From Candidatus Zixiibacteriota bacterium (GTDB taxonomy: Bacteria > Zixibacteria > MSB-5A5 > GN15 > FEB-12): a DNA stretch of 64,000 bases. Where the stretch lies: NCBI GenBank assembly GCA_028289585.1, contig JANQPI010000042.1:87337-151336 (forward strand), written 5' to 3'. The notes under the pieces are model-generated. The model saw only the letters and a list, made by a program, of their open reading frames with translations, was not told where the DNA came from and made no database searches. Positions within the stretch are counted from its first letter, which is position 1; every line of letters starts with the position of its first letter. Positions 59,120-64,000 of this stretch are shown in pieces. Position numbers and translations under genes: made by a program.

Positions 59120-60021
59120 GAGGTGATCCTTCCTGTCAGCCGACGTTCGGCTTCGGCATAACGAGCAACCGTCGCGGAGATAACATCCTCAGGCAACGCC
59201 GGACCGGGCGGGCGGCGATCCCAATCGAGGCCAGCCAGATAATCACGAATCGGCTGCTTATCAAACGACACCTGTGCCTGGCCCGGTGAATACTCTTCCA
59301 CCGGCCAGAAGCGGGAGGAATCGGGCGACAACACTTCGTCGATAAGAATCAAGCAACCGTCAAGATATCCAAACTCGAGTTTGGTGTCGGCGATAATGAT
59401 TCCCCGTTCGCGGGCGTGGGCAGCGGCCCGGGCGTAGATTTCAAGCGTTACCTTGCGGCACAGATTGGCTGTCGCCTCGCCCACCTCATCGATCATCCGC
59501 GCAAAGGAGATGTTCTCATCGTGACCATCGTCGTTCTTGGATGATGGCGTGAACAACGGCTCGGCGAGTTGTCCAGCCTCGACGAGGTTATCGGGGAAAT
59601 CAAATCCATGGATCGACGACGTCCCCGCCTTTCGCGCACTCTCGAGTTCTTTCCAGAACGAACCGGAAAGGTATCCCCGAACAATGCATTCAATATCGAC
59701 GCGTTCGGCCTTGCTCACCAGCATCGATCGGTCCGTCAGTTGGTCAGCATAGTCAGAGAGCGGGTCCGGGTAGAGGGACACGTCGGCGGTAATCAAATGA
59801 TTGGGGACAATCTCCTCAAGGAAGTCGAACCAAAACAACGACATGCGATTCAAAATCCGTCCCCGTCCGGGAATGCCGTTGGCCATGACGACATCGAATG
59901 CTGAGATCCGATCGGTCGCCACGAAGAGCAACGAGTCCCCCAAGTCGTAGACGTCGCGAACTTTACCCCGTCGAAAGAGAGGGACACCCGTGAGATCAGT
60001 AGCCAGGAGCGCTTCGCTCAT
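59116..60021 (-). CDS. purC: SAICAR synthase
   Basis: RGKVRD, TDRISAFD, ADTKLEFG, PDSSRFW. Confidence 0.95.
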   Translation of the reverse strand: MSEALLATDLTGVPLFRRGKVRDVYDLGDSLLFVATDRISAFDVVMANGIPGRGRILNRMSLFWFDFLEEIVPNHLITADVSLYPDPLSDYADQLTDRSMLVSKAERVDIECIVRGYLSGSFWKELESARKAGTSSIHGFDFPDNLVEAGQLAEPLFTPSSKNDDGHDENISFARMIDEVGEATANLCRKVTLEIYARAAAHARERGIIIADTKLEFGYLDGCLILIDEVLSPDSSRFWPVEEYSPGQAQVSFDKQPIRDYLAGLDWDRRPPGPALPEDVISATVARYAEAERRLTGRITS

Positions 60022-60617
60022 GTCCTCACCGTCCGACTACTGCTAATCCAATCGGCGATCACCGCGGGATAGAGTCGATGCTCGACGTCGTGAATGCGTT
60101 CGGCCAAGCTCTCCGGCGTATCACCGGAGACAATTGGTACTCGCTCCTGCGCAATGATCCGTCCTGAGTCGTACTTGCGATCAACAAGATGCACGGTCAC
60201 ACCGGATTCTGTATCACCGCTAGCCAGCACCGCGCGATGGACGCGGTGGCCGTACATTCCCTTTCCACCATACCGAGGCAGCAGCGCCGGGTGGAGGTTG
60301 ACGATTCGTTCGGGAAAGTTGTCGACCACCTCGCCAGGCACCAGTTTGAGAAAGCCGGCCAGGGCAATATGGCTGATATGCGCCTGGCGGAGAGCTGTGA
60401 GCAGCTGCGATGCCGCTCCGGGTGCCGTCTGATTATAGATAAACGTACCAATGTTCCGTGACGTGGCATACGCCAGACCGGGAGCATCGGGTCGACTCGC
60501 GACGACGAGTTCGATTGTCGCCGGCAGGTCGCCCTGTTCAGCAGCGTTGAGAAGGGCGTTAAGATTCGAACCGCGCCCGGAAATGAAAACCGCGAGGCGA
60601 GCAGCAGGTCCGTTCAA
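60018..60617 (-). CDS. purN: Phosphoribosylglycinamide formyltransferase
   Basis: SGRGSN, LAGF, NLHPALLP, GVTVH. Confidence 0.95.
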   Translation of the reverse strand: MNGPAARLAVFISGRGSNLNALLNAAEQGDLPATIELVVASRPDAPGLAYATSRNIGTFIYNQTAPGAASQLLTALRQAHISHIALAGFLKLVPGEVVDNFPERIVNLHPALLPRYGGKGMYGHRVHRAVLASGDTESGVTVHLVDRKYDSGRIIAQERVPIVSGDTPESLAERIHDVEHRLYPAVIADWISSSRTVRT

Positions 60618-62065
60618 GTATCAAGTGCCTTCTTAAGCAGGTCGTTGACAATCTGAGGATTGGCCTGTCCGCGGGTCTGTTTCATCACCTGCCCGACGAA
60701 GAATCCAAACAGTGCGACCTTGCCCCCGCGATACGCCTCAACCTGTTTGCCGTTGGCGGCGATGATCTCGGCAATAACCGGTTCAAGCTGCGACGGGTCG
60801 GAGATCTGGACCAGGCCTTTCTCCTTGATGATCGAGGCGGCTGACTTACCGGACTCCAACATCTCGGCGAATACCGTCTTGGCAATCTTCCCGGAAATCT
60901 CACTCGACTTAACGCGGTTCAAAAGATCGGCGATCTCTCCCGGCGGCACGGGACAATCAACGATCTCCTCACCTCGTTTCTTGAGGGCACCGAGCAGTTC
61001 GGTTTGAATCCAGTTCGATGCCCCGACGGAGTCCTCGCAGGTCGTCATCACAGTCTCATAGTAGTCAGCCAAAGCCCGAGAATCGGTCAGCACAGTCGCA
61101 TCGTAAACGCGGATACCATACTTCGCCACAAAGCGTGCGGCTTTCTCGGCGGGTAGTTCGGGGAGAGCTGAACGTGTCTCCGCCAACCACTCATCGGAGA
61201 TAATCAACGGAAAGAGATCGGGCTCAGGGAAATACCGGTAGTCGTGCGATTCCTCTTTCCCCCGCATTGCGATCGCTTCCTGTTTCTGCTCATTCCACAG
61301 CAGGGTCGATTGGATGACTGCACCACCGGATTTAATCACCTTCACCTGCCGTTCGATCTCGAAGAGCAACGCCCGTTCGACGCCTTTGAACGAGTTCAGG
61401 TTCTTCAGTTCGGTACGGGTGCCGAATTGCGACTCCCCAATCGGGCGGACCGACACGTTCGCATCGCAGCGAAGCTGCCCTTTCTCCATATCTCCGGTAC
61501 AGATCTCAAGGTACTGAACGATCTGCTTGAGCCGGTTGAGATAGGCGTACGCATCCTGAGGAGACACGATATCCGGTTCACTGACGATTTCGATAAGCGG
61601 GGTACCCGATCGGTTGAGATCAACGCGGGTGAAGTTCTCCCCGCCTTCGGGATGCAGCGATTTACCGGCATCCTCTTCCAGGTGGATGCGAATGAGCCCG
61701 ACTGATCGTGGCGTTCCGTCGTCGAGCTGATAATCAATCGAGCCACCCGTTCCGATTGGTCGGTCGAATTGGGAAATCTGATAGCCTTTGGGCAGATCAG
61801 GATAGAAATAGTTCTTACGAGCGAAGATCGACGTCTGGTGAACTGTTCCACCAACCGCAAGAATCATGCGCATCGCGTAGTCGACCGCAGCTCGATTGCA
61901 AACCGGCAGTGCCCCGGGCAGAGCAAGGGTCACGGCTTCGGTCTGGCTGTTCGGTTCCTCCCCGTAGGAATACGGGCAGGCGGTGAAGAGCTTGGTCTTA
62001 GTTTCGAGCTGACAATGGACTTCCAGCCCGATTACGGCTTCGAAGCCGTCGTGGGTATATCTCAT
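60614..62065 (-). CDS. gatB: Asp/Glu-tRNA amidotransferase subunit B
   Basis: IGLEVH, RKNYFYPDLPK, EEDAGK, RCDANVS, DYRYFPEPD. Confidence 0.96.
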   Translation of the reverse strand: MRYTHDGFEAVIGLEVHCQLETKTKLFTACPYSYGEEPNSQTEAVTLALPGALPVCNRAAVDYAMRMILAVGGTVHQTSIFARKNYFYPDLPKGYQISQFDRPIGTGGSIDYQLDDGTPRSVGLIRIHLEEDAGKSLHPEGGENFTRVDLNRSGTPLIEIVSEPDIVSPQDAYAYLNRLKQIVQYLEICTGDMEKGQLRCDANVSVRPIGESQFGTRTELKNLNSFKGVERALLFEIERQVKVIKSGGAVIQSTLLWNEQKQEAIAMRGKEESHDYRYFPEPDLFPLIISDEWLAETRSALPELPAEKAARFVAKYGIRVYDATVLTDSRALADYYETVMTTCEDSVGASNWIQTELLGALKKRGEEIVDCPVPPGEIADLLNRVKSSEISGKIAKTVFAEMLESGKSAASIIKEKGLVQISDPSQLEPVIAEIIAANGKQVEAYRGGKVALFGFFVGQVMKQTRGQANPQIVNDLLKKALDT

Positions 62066-62084
62066 AAGCGTTGATCAACGGCTA

Positions 62085-62684
62085 CTAGCGTTGAAGCAGG
62101 ACAGGGAGCGACGGAAGCGCAAGGATGTCAAGCCATATCCATGACGCCAGGCCGGTCCGCCAGACAACCAGGGTGAACAGGGTGATCTGCGCGACCAAGA
62201 GATAACCTCGCCAAACCGGTGCCGAGCGCAGAGAATCGACATCGAACCCTGCCCGTTCGAGAAAGGTCAACGGAGTCGACGCTATCCATGTCGTCGCAGT
62301 TGCAAACCAGAAGAGCGGATTGGCCAACTGAAGACTCTCGCGCCAAAGACGACGCCGGTAGGCGAGAATCGCGCGATCGAGCACTTGCAAAGGTGCGCGC
62401 TCATCAAGACCGTACCGCTGCATCACCTCATCGCGAAAGATCGCACGAATCAAGTTAACGCGAACCGTGCGGCCGCCCCGCGACGGCGCATCCTTGGTGA
62501 TGAGACCACCGAGACGGGCGCGTCGCAGGGAATCGACAACAAGAACGGTTGAAGGTTCGAGGCGAGCGCGGACAATCTGGGCGGCGGGATTCGATTCGCG
62601 ATCAGTAAATGTCAGATACTCGGCGTAGGTGTGCCGAAAGCATTCCAGCGCTTCAAGTCGACTTCTGATCTCGAAAAAGTTCAT
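62085..62684 (-). CDS. Hypothetical membrane protein
   Basis: 199 aa, start overlaps the upstream stop; hydrophobic Trp-rich C-terminal segments. Confidence 0.65.
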   Translation of the reverse strand: MNFFEIRSRLEALECFRHTYAEYLTFTDRESNPAAQIVRARLEPSTVLVVDSLRRARLGGLITKDAPSRGGRTVRVNLIRAIFRDEVMQRYGLDERAPLQVLDRAILAYRRRLWRESLQLANPLFWFATATTWIASTPLTFLERAGFDVDSLRSAPVWRGYLLVAQITLFTLVVWRTGLASWIWLDILALPSLPVLLQR

Positions 62685-63472
62685 GGATGATCACTAAACC
62701 AGGTTCTCAGATCCTCGGAAAACCGCTCCGGACTTTCCATCGGTAACATATGTCCGACAGCGTCATAGATTGCCAGCTCACTGTTTGCGATACCCTGATG
62801 AAGAAGTTCGGCAAGTTGCGCGAACGCTTTATCGTCGCGACCGGCGAGGATTCGGACGGGAGCGGTTATCGATGGCAGCCGGGGCAGATCCGGCTCAATC
62901 ACGTAAGTTGGACGGTGCGGGTCAGCCATCGGCTGATAGCTATGCTGCTCCATCATTGCGGTAATGGCACTTTCGATATCGGACTGATCTTCGCGGTAGA
63001 ACCGCGTCGACCAATCGATCCAGAGACGCGCCGCAGCCTCGCGCCCCTCGTCACGGGCGATCCGAAAGAGCCGGTCAACCTTCGCTGTCGTTCGATAGCC
63101 TGCCGCCCCCGTGGAGATCAGGATCGCTGAGATCACCCGGTCAGGATGGTCAAGCAGTGCCCCCAAGACCGTCGACCCGCCCATCGAGAGACCGACAAGA
63201 TGGGCTCGATCGATACTTATGGTGTCGAGGAAGGCGACCAGATCCGCAACGCGGTCGGTGCGGCTGTAGCTAGATTCTGTCACTTCAGACTGACCGTGAC
63301 CGCGGGCATCGAGAAGGATCGACTGATAGTATGACGGATCGAGCAGCGGCCAGGTGCCACCAAACGTCCACATCCGAGAATCAAGTGTATAGCCGTGAAG
63401 AAAGATAACCGGCGCGCCGGAGCCGGATGCCTCATACCACAACCGGCACCGGGCCGTAACGGCATGCGGCAT
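62681..63472 (-). CDS. Alpha/beta-fold hydrolase
   Basis: LHG, DARGHG, GLSMGG, GH catalytic His. Confidence 0.88.
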   Translation of the reverse strand: MPHAVTARCRLWYEASGSGAPVIFLHGYTLDSRMWTFGGTWPLLDPSYYQSILLDARGHGQSEVTESSYSRTDRVADLVAFLDTISIDRAHLVGLSMGGSTVLGALLDHPDRVISAILISTGAAGYRTTAKVDRLFRIARDEGREAAARLWIDWSTRFYREDQSDIESAITAMMEQHSYQPMADPHRPTYVIEPDLPRLPSITAPVRILAGRDDKAFAQLAELLHQGIANSELAIYDAVGHMLPMESPERFSEDLRTWFSDHP

Positions 63473-64000
63473 CAGGCGAGGGAGGCGGCAGCCTGAAACA
63501 GGGTCCGATCGTCTTTGAGCGCCGCGATCAATTGGACACCAACCGGGCGACCATCGGGGACGGAGCCATACGGAATCGAGATCGCCGGGTTGCCGGCGAG
63601 AGACGACGGCGCCGTATACATATCCGACAGGTACATTGCCAATGGATCGTCAATACGTTCGCCGAGTTTGAATGCGGGAGTCGGCGATGTCGGCGTGATC
63701 AGCAAATCGACCTCGTCAAACAGACGAGCAAACTCCTCACGTAGAAGCTGACGAACATCGGACGCTTTCTGGTAGTAGGCGTCGTAATACCCCGACGACA
63801 ATGCGTACGTGCCGAGCATAATGCGTCGCTTGACTTCGTCGCCAAACCCTTTGGCGCGTGTTGCCGCATACATGTCATGGAGCGCGAGATCGGCGCCTTC
63901 CCGCTTGCCGTAACGGACACCGTCGTAGCGTGCCAGATTGGCTGATGCTTCAGCCGAGGCAACGATGTAGTAGATCGGAATCGCCATTCGGCTCATGGGA
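63472..64000 (-). CDS. gatA: Asp/Glu-tRNA amidotransferase subunit A (3' part; 5' end outside window)
   Basis: AEASANLARYDG, EVKRRIMLGTY, MYLSD. Confidence 0.93.
   Translation of the reverse strand, partial: PMSRMAIPIYYIVASAEASANLARYDGVRYGKREGADLALHDMYAATRAKGFGDEVKRRIMLGTYALSSGYYDAYYQKASDVRQLLREEFARLFDEVDLLITPTSPTPAFKLGERIDDPLAMYLSDMYTAPSSLAGNPAISIPYGSVPDGRPVGVQLIAALKDDRTLFQAAASLA

Noticed and set aside
1-64000. CRISPR arrays, tRNA/rRNA genes, IS elements, prophage
   Set aside because: No spaced direct repeats, cloverleaf motifs, transposase, integrase or phage genes seen by manual reading; a tRNAscan/Rfam run would be decisive.

Overview
64 kb of a GC-rich, densely coding bacterial chromosome. 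Most genes are on the minus strand. Secreted proteins ending in Cys-bracketed dockerin-like domains suggest an FCB-associated lineage such as candidate division Zixibacteria (inference). Most content is housekeeping or amino-acid and energy metabolism: miaB, an ExbBD/TonB operon, a fused 2-oxoacid dehydrogenase E1, ccmAB, lepB, rseP, dxr, hbd-ackA, mdh-ndk-sucDC, cca, arcC, tgt, radA, dnaB, udg, coaBC, purHCN and gatB/gatA. I found no rRNA, tRNA, CRISPR array or mobile element by eye. Main candidates for something new: (1) a minus-strand cassette of Zn-ribbon protein, Hel308/Ski2-like helicase fused to a winged-helix domain with its own internal ribosome-binding site, and a Lon with degenerate ATPase motifs; its sigma70 promoter contains an exact match to the Fibrobacter-type LexA box; (2) a stand-alone ~155-nt structured transcript (36571-36725) with an extended anti-16S motif, an 11-codon ORF and a terminator carrying the exact complement of its own SD; (3) an aldehyde dehydrogenase, ArcE-like, arcC, sucCD, ndk, mdh operon with a perfect TGTGA-N6-TCACA box; (4) secreted proteins carrying both cohesin-like and dockerin-like domains. 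All motif calls are by manual reading; no database searches were run.
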